Assembly (NCBI GenBank): GCA_021323935.1 | Contig: JAJPJZ010000240.1 | Coordinates: 1 to 37,291 of the forward strand | Direction: 5' to 3' | DNA: 37,291 nucleotides | Origin: Terriglobia bacterium | GTDB lineage: Bacteria; Acidobacteriota; Terriglobia; Terriglobales; Acidobacteriaceae | In this document: positions 22,286 through 30,838 of the stretch, piece after piece | Numbering within the stretch: position 1 is the first letter of the stretch | Layout of the letters: each line of letters opens with the position of its first letter | The notes under the pieces: generated by a model | What the model was told of the DNA's origin: nothing | The model's input: only the letters and a program-made list of their open reading frames with translations | Database searches by the model: none | Made by a program: the position numbers and the translations under genes

Positions 22286-22678
22286 CTATTGCGCGGCTCT
22301 GCGCGCGTGGTCCTCTGAGCGATGGGCGAGCAAGTGCCCGATGGCATCGGCCAGGTCGGTTTCTGCGCTCTCGGAGTTCAAGACTGCGTCGGCCAGCTCG
22401 GTATTACGAATGCTGCATTCATACAGCATGATGACGGCGCAGCCGGGAGTGAACTGGTCAAGCGCTTTCGCCAGGCGATTGCGTGCTTCCTCCGGAACCG
22501 CGATGCCGAGCACGGCGACGTCATAGGAGTTGTGGCGCAGGAGGAATTCTGCCTGGCGCTGGTCGCCGGCCGTATCGACGCTGTAGCCGGCCTGCCGCAG
22601 GCGCTCAGCACGGCGGATCAGCAGATCGCGCCGATAGCTGACCACCAGGACGCGTGCTCCCTCCATCGTTCCGTTCAC
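22286..22678 (-). CDS. degenerate receiver-like (pseudo-receiver) single-domain protein
   Basis: CheY-like layout (ARVLVVSYRRDLL..GYSVDTAGDQRQAEFLL..YDVAVLGIAVPEE..CAVIMLYE..) with Gly at the phospho-Asp position and no DD pair. Confidence 0.6.
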   Translation of the reverse strand: MNGTMEGARVLVVSYRRDLLIRRAERLRQAGYSVDTAGDQRQAEFLLRHNSYDVAVLGIAVPEEARNRLAKALDQFTPGCAVIMLYECSIRNTELADAVLNSESAETDLADAIGHLLAHRSEDHARRAAQ

Positions 22679-22838
22679 CTCGTTGTCCGGTCATGCGTGA
22701 ATCGGCTGGTGGGCCGGCGAGCAGAGAAGAAGAAATCAGCCGCGCAACGTGAAGAACTCAGCAGGATGATTGCGACATCAGGCACTGCAGCACGGTGCTG
22801 CTGCCACTCGCCAGGCCGAACTGAGCCGCGCCGAAATA

Positions 22839-24326
22839 TTATGGCTCAGGAACCGTCGGGACACGATAAATTTTTTCAAGCGCCGCCAGGTAATCACCAA
22901 ACAGCTTCTGAATGGCCGAAAACTCGCGCTTCACGGCATCGCGATAATCGGCGTGAGTGGCAAAGTCGTACAGCAGCGCCGTCATGGCCTCGGCATCGAC
23001 GGTAAAGCCCTGATGGCCGACATCGGTGAGCGCGTCCTGCTCCATTCCGTACGTGTGGTTGGCGAAGTTCGAGCTGTAAGCCGTAAAGCCGAGGCCGGGA
23101 ATCTTGCTCGATACGCTGCCGGTTTCTTCAAAACCCTGCGGCCGCCCGGGCTCGGCGTTTACCTTTTGCGCTCCATACTTCTTCATGTAGGCGAAGCCTA
23201 GCTCGCTCAGCGTCGCCACCGAAATTCCGTCGTGGTCCTGGCCGTAGTGGTCGATTTTTACTTTGGTGCCGGTTGAGAGCGCGGCCGCTTTGGCGGCGTT
23301 ATCGACGAAAGCGGTGACCTGCTTGAGGTACACCTCGTCGGGATAGCGGATGTAAAAATCGGCCGCGGTTTTATCGGGAACCACGTTGGGAGCAGCGCCG
23401 CCTTCGGTGATGATGCCCTGAATGCGCGCCTCAGGCCTGATGTTCGATCGCACGCTGTCGATGTTGTTGAACATGTGGATGACGGCCTCCAGCGCATTGC
23501 GGCCTTCCCAGGCGGCAAGTTGGTGCGCGGGAGCGCCGCTGAAGGTGTATTTCGCTCCCACAATGTTCATGCAGCAGGTGCCGAACCCGGGCGCCGGGCG
23601 CGAAGTCGAGCCGACGGCATGGCTGCGAACGATGACGTCAGCGCCGTTGAACACGCCGGCATCGAACATCTGCGTCTTCGCTTCCGGAGGCATCATCTCT
23701 TCGCCAGGCGTCCCGTAAACCGTCACGCTTCCCGGCTGATGAGTGCGCCCCAGGAACTCCACGATCGCAACCGCGGCGGCAATTCCGACCGGACCTTGCG
23801 CGCTGTGCTGGTCGCCGTGAAACGCGCCCTTGGTGCCGCGGAGCGCGTCGTATTCCAGGATGATACCGAGGTTCGGTGCGCCTTTATTGCCCTTCCAGCG
23901 CGCCACAAAAGCAGTGGGCAGGTTGGCCACGCCCATCTCGACATCGAAATTGTGCGCGCGCAGGTAGTCGGCCAGAATCTTGACCGAGCGATTCTCCTGG
24001 AAGCCGATCTCAGGGTGGCGCGTAATGTCGTCAGCCATCGCCAGCAGCTCAGAATCCATGAGCTGTTTGGCGCGGGCCACGGCCTGGTCGCGCTGCGGGT
24101 CGGCGGCTGTCAGGCGCGCCACCATGGCAGGAACATTGAGCGACTTTTCCAATTCGTCAATCTGGCGCAGGATGCCGGCGGCGGCTTCGCGCTCGGTTGG
24201 GGTTTCCTGGGCGTAAGCACAGGCTGAAACGAGGGCCAGCGCGATGCAGATGGCAGAACGCAAGATCAATCTCCTGAGGGGCGGGAACGAGCGCAAAACT
24301 ATGCCAACCGCGCTCGCCGCTGTCAA
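22839..24326 (-). CDS. secreted M20-family amidohydrolase/peptidase (AbgB-like)
   Basis: ..ITRHPEIGFQENRSVKILADYLRAHNFDVE..LEYDALRG...HGDQHSAQGP.. is typical of the M20D/AbgB type. Signal peptide ..ICIALALVSACAYAQE. An alternative, better-spaced start is TTG 24263 (AGGAGA-N6-TTG). Confidence 0.85.
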   Translation of the reverse strand: MTAASAVGIVLRSFPPLRRLILRSAICIALALVSACAYAQETPTEREAAAGILRQIDELEKSLNVPAMVARLTAADPQRDQAVARAKQLMDSELLAMADDITRHPEIGFQENRSVKILADYLRAHNFDVEMGVANLPTAFVARWKGNKGAPNLGIILEYDALRGTKGAFHGDQHSAQGPVGIAAAVAIVEFLGRTHQPGSVTVYGTPGEEMMPPEAKTQMFDAGVFNGADVIVRSHAVGSTSRPAPGFGTCCMNIVGAKYTFSGAPAHQLAAWEGRNALEAVIHMFNNIDSVRSNIRPEARIQGIITEGGAAPNVVPDKTAADFYIRYPDEVYLKQVTAFVDNAAKAAALSTGTKVKIDHYGQDHDGISVATLSELGFAYMKKYGAQKVNAEPGRPQGFEETGSVSSKIPGLGFTAYSSNFANHTYGMEQDALTDVGHQGFTVDAEAMTALLYDFATHADYRDAVKREFSAIQKLFGDYLAALEKIYRVPTVPEP

Positions 24327-24387
24327 GCGCCCCCGGCGCCAGTTACCAATTCCCGCATCTGTAGGCTCGCGAGCTTCCTTTGGCCGC

Positions 24388-24393
24388 TATAAT
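24388..24393 (+). promoter_or_regulatory. -10 box TATAAT 13 nt before the purS ATG (short-leader or leaderless mRNA)
   Basis: GCCGCTATAATCGCT. No SD lies before ATG 24407. The same 15-mer (1 mismatch) precedes ORF 27913. Confidence 0.4.
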
Positions 24394-24406
24394 CGCTGAG
24401 TAGCCA

Positions 24407-24658
24407 ATGAAAGCTTACGTTTATGTCTCGCTCAAAAAGAGCGTGCTCGATCCCCAGGGCAAGACCATCCAGGGGGCGCTGAAGAAGATGGGCTACGCCG
24501 ATATAGGCGAAGTGCGCCAGGGCAAGTATTTCGAGATCACGCTGGGCGGCGACCTGCAGCAGGAGCAGGCCAGCGCCGAAATCGAGCGGATTGCCCGCGA
24601 AGTGCTGACCAACCCGGTAATCGAAGAGTTCCGCTACCGGCTCGAGCAGCCGGATTAA
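24407..24658 (+). CDS. purS: phosphoribosylformylglycinamidine synthase subunit PurS
   Basis: 83 aa, MKAYVYVSLKKSVLDPQGKTIQGALKKMGY..VRQGKYFEI.. is the classic PurS pattern. Confidence 0.9.
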   Translation: MKAYVYVSLKKSVLDPQGKTIQGALKKMGYADIGEVRQGKYFEITLGGDLQQEQASAEIERIAREVLTNPVIEEFRYRLEQPD

Positions 24659-24849
24659 GGCACCAGAGGCTGGTTCGGAACCTTACGGTCAGCATCTCTG
24701 GACGGCAGCAGCGAATCTGAATTAGTGAAGACTTTGGTTTTTGCCTTTGGACCGCAGCCCCGCCGGAAGACGCGGCCGCGCTCAAGAGTCAGGGCCGGAA
24801 GTCAGGTGAACAGTCCGAGTCACGTTAACCGGGCAAGGTGGAGTGGCCA

Positions 24850-26736
24850 ATGTGTGGGATTGTTGGATATGTGGGCAAAAAGCGCGTCGTGCCGGTCATT
24901 ATTGACGGGCTGCGGCGCCTGGAATATCGCGGTTATGACTCGGCCGGAATTGCGGTTGCGGGCAACGGCGAGGGCTTGCAGATTCGCCGCGCCGAAGGCA
25001 AGCTGCGCAACCTTGAAGACACCATTCGCCTGAAGCCGCTTGACGGCACCTACGGCATCGGCCATACCCGCTGGGCCACGCACGGCCGCCCCACAGAAGA
25101 AAACGCGCACCCTCATCGCGACTGCACCGGCCGGATCGTGGTGGTGCACAACGGCATCGTTGAGAACTACCTCTCGCTCAAAAAGAAGCTGGTGGAGGAA
25201 GGCCACAAGTTCTCAACCGAAACCGATACCGAAGTGGTGGCGCACCTGATCGAGAAATACATGCAGGGCGCCGCCAACGGAAACGGCAACGGCTCAGGCC
25301 ACACCAAGCTTGAAAACGCTGTGCGCCGCGCCGTGAAAGATTTAACCGGAGTCTTCGCGCTGGCCGTGATCGCCACTGATGAGCCCAACAAGATCGTGGC
25401 GGCGCGCAACGGGCCGCCCGCGGTCATTGGCCTGGGCAAAGACGAATATTTCGTGGCCTCTGACGTGCCGGCCATTCTGTATCACACGCGCGACTTGTTC
25501 TTCCTCGCCGATGGCGACCTCGCCGTCATCACGCCGAACGGCGTGCAGTTGAGCGACTTTGACGGCCGGCCTATTACGCGCCAGGTGCAGCACGTGACCT
25601 GGGACCCCATCATGGCGGAAAAGGGCGGCTTCAAGCACTTCATGCTCAAGGAAATTTTTGAGCAGCCGCGCGCCGTGCGCGACACCATGCTGGGCCGGGC
25701 CTCAGATATCGGAAAAGTTTTCCTCGATGAAATGGAGATTACGGAAGAGGAGTTCCGCAATTTCATCAAGATCAACATCGCCGCCTGCGGCACCAGTTGG
25801 CACGCCGGCCTGGCAGGCAAGTTCATGATCGAGCGGCTGGCGCGCGTGCCCGTTGAAGTGGATTACGCCAGCGAATATCGCTATCGCGACCCCATTACCG
25901 GCGAAAAAGAGCTCACCATCCTGATTACGCAATCGGGCGAAACCGCCGATACCATCGCCGCGCAGCGCGAATCGCGCGCCAAGGGCGCCAAGACGCTCGG
26001 CATCTGCAACGTGGTCGGTTCCATGATTGCGCGCGAGGCCAACGGGACCATCTACACGCACGCCGGGCCTGAAATCGGCGTGGCCTCAACCAAGGCTTTT
26101 ACTGCGCAACTTACGGCGCTGTTCCTGTTTGCCATTTTCTTGGGCGAAACCCGCGGCAGCCTCAGCCCTGATGAAGCCCGCAAGCAGCTTGCGGAGCTGC
26201 GGCTTATCCCCGGCAAGCTTGAGGCGCTGCTGAGCCGCGATGAACAATGTGAGAAGCTGGCCAAGCAATACCATCGCGCGCACGATTTCCTGTTCCTGGG
26301 CCGCGGCATCCATTACCCCATTGCGCTTGAAGGCGCGCTGAAGCTGAAGGAGATTTCCTACATCCATGCCGAAGGCTACCCCGCCGGCGAGATGAAGCAC
26401 GGTCCCAACGCGCTGATTGACGAGAACCTGCCGGTCGTCGTGATTGCTACGCGCGATCCCAACGACGCTGATTCGGCGCTGCGCTACGAGAAAACGCTTT
26501 CGAACATGAAAGAAGTGAAGGCGCGGTCGGGCGTGGTGATTGCCATTGCCACCGAAGGTGACCAGGACATTCACGAATCGGCCGACCACGTGATTTTTGT
26601 GCCGCAAAGCACCGAGCTGCTGCTGCCCATCCTTGAAGTTGTGCCGCTGCAGTTGCTGGCGTATCACATCGCGGTGCGCCGGGGGTGCGACGTGGATCAG
26701 CCGCGCAACCTGGCAAAATCGGTGACGGTGGAGTAG
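24850..26736 (+). CDS. glmS: glutamine--fructose-6-phosphate aminotransferase (isomerizing)
   Basis: Starts MCGIVGYVG (N-terminal Cys nucleophile), has two SIS domains, and ends ..[12 protein letters not shown]. The ORF track starts 12 nt earlier (24838). Confidence 0.95.
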   Translation: MCGIVGYVGKKRVVPVIIDGLRRLEYRGYDSAGIAVAGNGEGLQIRRAEGKLRNLEDTIRLKPLDGTYGIGHTRWATHGRPTEENAHPHRDCTGRIVVVHNGIVENYLSLKKKLVEEGHKFSTETDTEVVAHLIEKYMQGAANGNGNGSGHTKLENAVRRAVKDLTGVFALAVIATDEPNKIVAARNGPPAVIGLGKDEYFVASDVPAILYHTRDLFFLADGDLAVITPNGVQLSDFDGRPITRQVQHVTWDPIMAEKGGFKHFMLKEIFEQPRAVRDTMLGRASDIGKVFLDEMEITEEEFRNFIKINIAACGTSWHAGLAGKFMIERLARVPVEVDYASEYRYRDPITGEKELTILITQSGETADTIAAQRESRAKGAKTLGICNVVGSMIAREANGTIYTHAGPEIGVASTKAFTAQLTALFLFAIFLGETRGSLSPDEARKQLAELRLIPGKLEALLSRDEQCEKLAKQYHRAHDFLFLGRGIHYPIALEGALKLKEISYIHAEGYPAGEMKHGPNALIDENLPVVVIATRDPNDADSALRYEKTLSNMKEVKARSGVVIAIATEGDQDIHESADHVIFVPQSTELLLPILEVVPLQLLAYHIAVRRGCDVDQPRNLAKSVTVE

Positions 26737-26829
26737 GCGCTGCCCGCAAGTTCGCCCAGGCTGCTACGTTTACTCGCCTACCTGGCGATTTACGTCCTTT
26801 GGGGCGCGTCGTTTCTCGGCATTCGCGAA

Positions 26830-27663
26830 GTGGTGGCGTCGCTTCCTTCCACCTCAGCGGCAGCCATTCGCTTCTTCACGGCTGGAATTCTGCTGCTTCT
26901 CTGGGCTGCGCTTCGCGGCGAGCCATGGCCCGGCCGGGCTGAGTGGCGCAGCGCCATCCTTCTCGGCCTCGTGATGTTCGCCGGCGACTACGGCTGTTTG
27001 TTCTGGGCCGAGAAGCACATTGCCTCCGGCCTTGCCGCCGTCATCTCAGCGTTGATTCCGGTGGAAATTGCATTGTTCGAATGGCGCGCCGCGCGGCGCT
27101 CGCCTTCGAAGGCCCTCCTGGCCGGCACCGCGTGCGGTGTGGCGGGTGTTGCGGCCTTGAGCATCGCGCATGGCAGGGGCGGCGGAGTGCAGGTTGGAGC
27201 CATTGCGGCGCTGCTGTTCGGCACACTCTGCTGGTCAGCCGGAACCATCTGGTCGCGGTCATTGCCGCTCCCAAAATCGAAAGTCGTTTCTGCCGGAGTG
27301 CAGATGATGTTCGGCGGACTGTGGCTGGGCATCATTGCCGCGCTGCTGGGCGAGCCTGCGCAGCTCCGCACCGCAGCCGTGACTGGTAAGACGATTGCCG
27401 CGATGGCTTACCTGATTATCGCTGCTTCCATTGTTGCGTTCACCGCGTATGTGTGGCTCATCGGGCACGAATCGCCAACTCGGGTTGCAAGCTACGCATA
27501 CGTCAACCCGGTGATTGCCGTGTTGTTAGGCAGCGCCTTCGCGGGCGAGAAGCTGACGCTCCAAACGGTCTTGGGCACAGCGCTCGTGCTGGTCGGCGTG
27601 ATTGCCGTAATGCGCGCCAAGGCGGGCACATCCGGGCCAGCAGCCGCACGCAAGCCGGCATGA
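26830..27663 (+). CDS. EamA/DMT-family transporter (start uncertain; the reading frame encodes TM1 upstream of the first canonical start)
   Basis: 10-TM EamA-like pattern. The first GTG is 26830, but the in-frame sequence 26761-26829 encodes LLRLLAYLAIYVLWGASFLGIRE, a typical EamA N-terminus. Only CTG (26740, 26761) is available as a start after the glmS TAG (26734-26736). Confidence 0.85.
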   Translation: MVASLPSTSAAAIRFFTAGILLLLWAALRGEPWPGRAEWRSAILLGLVMFAGDYGCLFWAEKHIASGLAAVISALIPVEIALFEWRAARRSPSKALLAGTACGVAGVAALSIAHGRGGGVQVGAIAALLFGTLCWSAGTIWSRSLPLPKSKVVSAGVQMMFGGLWLGIIAALLGEPAQLRTAAVTGKTIAAMAYLIIAASIVAFTAYVWLIGHESPTRVASYAYVNPVIAVLLGSAFAGEKLTLQTVLGTALVLVGVIAVMRAKAGTSGPAAARKPA

Positions 27664-27699
27664 AAGAAAAACCCCCGGGTTCCGTCGCGAATCCGGGGG
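27664..27699 (-). terminator. minus-strand rho-independent terminator with no annotated minus-strand gene upstream
   Basis: Stem CCCCCGG/CCGGGGG (27672-27678 / 27693-27699, extendable with one mismatch), followed on the minus strand by TTTTTCTT. On the plus strand no T tract follows. Confidence 0.7.
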
Positions 27700-27800
27700 C
27701 AGGCCGTTCCCATTTCCCTACTACTTGGCCCTTCAGGAGGGGTAACGGCCTATATAGACGGCCCACGCAGCAAAAAGTTTCATAGGCAGAGCAGCTCACG
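27664..27800 (-). ncRNA. candidate small RNA (long hairpin with CCCCUCCU motif plus terminator)
   Basis: Minus-strand hairpin GGCCGTTaCCC...GGGAACGGCC (plus coordinates 27702-27750) presents CCCCTCCT, and the terminator above follows directly. The promoter is not confidently identified. Confidence 0.3.
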
Positions 27801-27897
27801 CGTAAAAAAATAGTTTCGGAGTGTGTCGGTCTTGTAAAAGGGCGAAGCCGATCGCATGTTGCGCAACTGAAGGCTTGGAGCGCGCGCAGGTAGCCGC

Positions 27898-27903
27898 TAG
27901 AAT
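27898..27903 (+). promoter_or_regulatory. -10 box TAGAAT 9 nt before ATG 27913 (leaderless-type mRNA)
   Basis: GCCGCTAGAATCGCT. No SD. Confidence 0.4.
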
Positions 27904-27912
27904 CGCTTTGCC

Positions 27913-28296
27913 ATGTTTGAAGCGAGCCTCGTCCCTGAAAAAACGGTCATCAACGGCAAAGGCGAAAGCGCAGGCATCGAACTGAGCGGAATCGGCACCC
28001 GCATTCTGCTTCTGGTGCTTCACATCACCGACATCGTGGAGCAGGAATCGCTCGATGTCAGCATCTGGGGCTCTGCCGATGGGTCGGCCTGGGGCGACAA
28101 GCCGCTGGCCACGTTTCCGCAAAAGTTCTACCGCAGCGAACACCCCCTGCTGCTCGATTTGTCGGCGCGTCCTGAAGTGAAGTTTCTGCGCGCGCGCTGG
28201 GAGGCGAACCGCTGGGGCCGCGGCTCTGAAACGCCCATGTTTCAGTTCTCATTGAGCGCACGCGAAGTTCCCGCTGAGATGCTCTCGCAAGCCTAA
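27913..28296 (+). CDS. hypothetical protein (127 aa), probably beta-rich, no signal peptide
   Basis: Third-codon positions are strongly G/C-biased in this frame. Balanced composition (..ILLLVLHITDIVEQESLDVSIWGSADGSAWGDKPLATFPQKFY..). No family recognised. Confidence 0.65.
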   Translation: MFEASLVPEKTVINGKGESAGIELSGIGTRILLLVLHITDIVEQESLDVSIWGSADGSAWGDKPLATFPQKFYRSEHPLLLDLSARPEVKFLRARWEANRWGRGSETPMFQFSLSAREVPAEMLSQA

Positions 28297-28409
28297 GAAT
28301 CGGCAGCGCTTGTTTGTCGAATTTGCCGGAACCGGGACACGCAAGTTTGCGTAGTAACCAACAGGGCGCGGTTGGTAACGAAATCTGCCGCCGGTCGTCT
28401 ATAGAAGCA

Positions 28410-28706
28410 ATGATGGTTCAGCATCAGCACCGGCCCGAGGCGCCTCGCCCGTTTACCATGGCATGCGAAAGCGCCGTGCTGTGGCGCGCCAACGAGTTCG
28501 GCTACTCGGTGGAAGTGTTTCGCCGCGGCGAAGTTGTGGCGCGGCACTGGTGCGGGAACCACGCCTACGATCCTGAGCGCTCGGTGCCGTTGAGTTCGCC
28601 TGAGGCGCTCAGCCCGGCCATGCTCGCCGCCCTCGCGCGCAAGCTGGCACTCGAGATGGCTGAGGCGTTTGCCATTCCGGTGGAGAACGTCCGCCTTTCC
28701 AACTAG
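28410..28706 (+). CDS. hypothetical protein (98 aa)
   Basis: ORF 28314..28706; ATG 28410 (MMVQHQHRPEAP..) is more plausible. No family recognised. Confidence 0.5.
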   Translation: MMVQHQHRPEAPRPFTMACESAVLWRANEFGYSVEVFRRGEVVARHWCGNHAYDPERSVPLSSPEALSPAMLAALARKLALEMAEAFAIPVENVRLSN

Positions 28707-28764
28707 CAGCGAACATCCGGCTGCACTGGGCGCCGGAATCCCGTCGAGTATCATCACAGCACCG

Positions 28765-29562
28765 ATGCTCTCGGTTGCGATCATTACGTTCAACGAAGAA
28801 GAAAACATCGAGCGCACCATGCGCAGCGCCGATGGCATCGCAGGCGAGTTTGTCATCGTTGATTCCGGCTCGAAGGACCGGACGCTGGAAATCGCGCGGC
28901 AGTTTGGGCCCAAGGTGCGGGCGTTTTCGGAGGAGTGGAAGGGCTTCACGCGCCAGAAAAATTCTTCCATCGCCAAGTGCAGCGGCCAGTGGGTGCTGAG
29001 CCTCGACGCCGATGAAGAGCTCAGCGCGGCACTGCGCACGGAAATTTCTTCGCTGATGGCAGCCACTCCCGGCGAAATGGGAGACGCAAGGCCGAAGGTC
29101 GTGGCCAGCGTGCCGCGCAAGAATCTGTTCCTGGGTCGCTGGATCCGCCATGGCGGCGGCTGGCCGGACCGAAAATACCGGCTGTTCGAGCGGGGGGCGG
29201 CGCAGTTTGGCGAACGCGCCGTGCATGAAGACATCAAAGTCGATCCCGCCGACCAGAGCCTTCGCGTAGTCGAGCTGCAGGGCGCGCTCATCCACCACGC
29301 GTACCCCACCCTGACGATCTTCATTGAACACATGAACCGCTACTCCAGCCTGGGCGCCGATATCCTGGTCGCAAAGCGGACGCGCGGCTTCAGCTTCTTC
29401 AGCATCGTCGTCCAGCCGGCGGTCCGCTTTGTTTACAACTACGCGCTGCGCGGCGGATTCCTCGACGGACGCGAGGGCCTGCTGTTTCATCTTTATCATT
29501 CGGTTTACATGAGCTGGAAATACGCGAAGGCGTGGGAGCGCTCGCGAAGACTGAGATCCTGA
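28765..29562 (+). CDS. family 2 glycosyltransferase (LPS-core WaaE/KdtX-like)
   Basis: MLSVAIITFNEEENIERTMRS..EFVIVDSGSKDRTLEIA..WVLSLDADEEL..GRWIRHGGGWPDRKYRLF.. The start is ATG 28765 within ORF 28669..29562. Confidence 0.88.
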   Translation: MLSVAIITFNEEENIERTMRSADGIAGEFVIVDSGSKDRTLEIARQFGPKVRAFSEEWKGFTRQKNSSIAKCSGQWVLSLDADEELSAALRTEISSLMAATPGEMGDARPKVVASVPRKNLFLGRWIRHGGGWPDRKYRLFERGAAQFGERAVHEDIKVDPADQSLRVVELQGALIHHAYPTLTIFIEHMNRYSSLGADILVAKRTRGFSFFSIVVQPAVRFVYNYALRGGFLDGREGLLFHLYHSVYMSWKYAKAWERSRRLRS

Positions 29563-29632
29563 CGGCGCTTTGACGCGCATTGCCGCCGGATTCGATTGCA
29601 GTTTTGCCGGCTAACTTCTAACGTGGAGCTCG

Positions 29633-30259
29633 GTGAGGTTCCTTCGCCAGCTTCTGCGCCGAACGCCGTTCTACCCGATCTACAAGCGGCTCGGCCACTA
29701 TCCCGATTACCTGTACTGGAGGCTGCGCGGCCGGCCGCCACGCCCGCCGCATCTGGCTAAACAGCGGCTGGTGAAGCACTACGCGCGCCAACGCGGCCTG
29801 CGAGTGCTGGTTGAAACCGGCACATATTACGGCGAGATGATCGCGGCCACCAGGAGCACGTTCGCTGAAATTTTCAGCATCGAGTTCGATCCGAAGCTGG
29901 CCGCGGCTGCACGGCGGAAGTTTGCCGCGCTGCCCCACGTTCACGTGCTCGAAGGTTCCAGCGAGTCGCTGATTCCTGAAGTCCTGGCCGGCATCAGCCA
30001 GCCGGCGCTGTTCTGGCTTGACGCGGGTTATTGCGCGTGGAACGGAAATTTTGCCGATTCCACGCGCCTGCTGCGGGAACTCGACGCAATTTTGTCGCAT
30101 CCCGTCGCCGGCCACGTCGTGCTGATTGATGACGTGGTCCCATTCAGCGGAGTTGACGGCACGCCTGATGTGAAGGAACTGCAGCGATATATCGTGCAGC
30201 GCTTCCCCGGACGAAGCGTGCAGGTTGATACAGGAATTCTAGTGATCAGGTATGGATGA
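29633..30259 (+). CDS. putative class I SAM-dependent methyltransferase-like protein
   Basis: GTG start with GGAG 5 nt upstream. VLVETGTYYGEM (Gly-rich motif I-like) and ..ALFWLDAGY..VVLIDDV.. Weak assignment. Confidence 0.6.
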   Translation: MRFLRQLLRRTPFYPIYKRLGHYPDYLYWRLRGRPPRPPHLAKQRLVKHYARQRGLRVLVETGTYYGEMIAATRSTFAEIFSIEFDPKLAAAARRKFAALPHVHVLEGSSESLIPEVLAGISQPALFWLDAGYCAWNGNFADSTRLLRELDAILSHPVAGHVVLIDDVVPFSGVDGTPDVKELQRYIVQRFPGRSVQVDTGILVIRYG

Positions 30260-30268
30260 ACGTCCGCA

Positions 30269-30838
30269 TTATTGCGGCGTGATGCGGCCCGCAGCGCTGC
30301 TGTGCATCGTGACTTTATCGCTCACTCGAAAGATGAACGAGCTTGGGTTCTTCAGCCCCCACGCGACATAAGGAATAACCAGCTCTGCGATGGCCGTGGC
30401 ATTTTCGCCGTCGATGGTGATCTCGGCGGGAAAATCGATGGCGTGCGCCTGGCCGTGCAACATCATGCTGCCGTGAACCGTCACGGCCGATTTACCGGCG
30501 GGCGCAATGGCGCCTTCGATCCGTTCGAAGGTCAGCGTGACCTGGGGATATTTTTCGGTTTCGAGGATCTCGCGCTTCATGCGGCGGTCACGCGCATCGT
30601 TGCCGCTCGCGCCGCTCGTGGCCTCGACCACCAGAGTGCCGGAAGCCGCGCCGGTTGCGACGTTGAACGTCACCGCGCCTTGCTGGAAATGAAATGTGCC
30701 GTGAACCGTGTGGAAGTTGCCGCTCAACGTGAACTCAACCGTGCTGGCAGCGGGATCGAGCGTGAAGGTTCGCTCCTGCGCGCCGGCTGCGGCGCACATC
30801 GCAACCACGGCAAGAAGCCATCGGCAGGCAGTTTTCAT
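30269..30838 (-). CDS. secreted YceI-family (polyisoprenoid/lipid-binding) protein
   Basis: Signal peptide MKTACRWLLAVVAMCAAAGAQ. YceI-like ..FTLDPAASTVEFTLSGNFHTVHGTFHFQQGAVTF.. ATGA overlap with the upstream oxidoreductase gene. Confidence 0.85.
   Translation of the reverse strand: MKTACRWLLAVVAMCAAAGAQERTFTLDPAASTVEFTLSGNFHTVHGTFHFQQGAVTFNVATGAASGTLVVEATSGASGNDARDRRMKREILETEKYPQVTLTFERIEGAIAPAGKSAVTVHGSMMLHGQAHAIDFPAEITIDGENATAIAELVIPYVAWGLKNPSSFIFRVSDKVTMHSSAAGRITPQ

Noticed and set aside
24659-24849. Possible glmS ribozyme upstream of glmS
   Set aside because: I could not find the conserved core elements (for example the GACGAGG-type core or the AGCGCC cleavage-site context). The spacer shows no convincing pseudoknotted architecture by eye. 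An Rfam cmscan would be decisive.
27733-27783. 16-codon minus-strand ORF (MKLFAAWAVYIGRYPS) inside the candidate sRNA
   Set aside because: It has no SD, is very short, and its stop lies inside the hairpin stem. A non-coding role is more parsimonious. It is kept only as an alternative to test by ribosome profiling.
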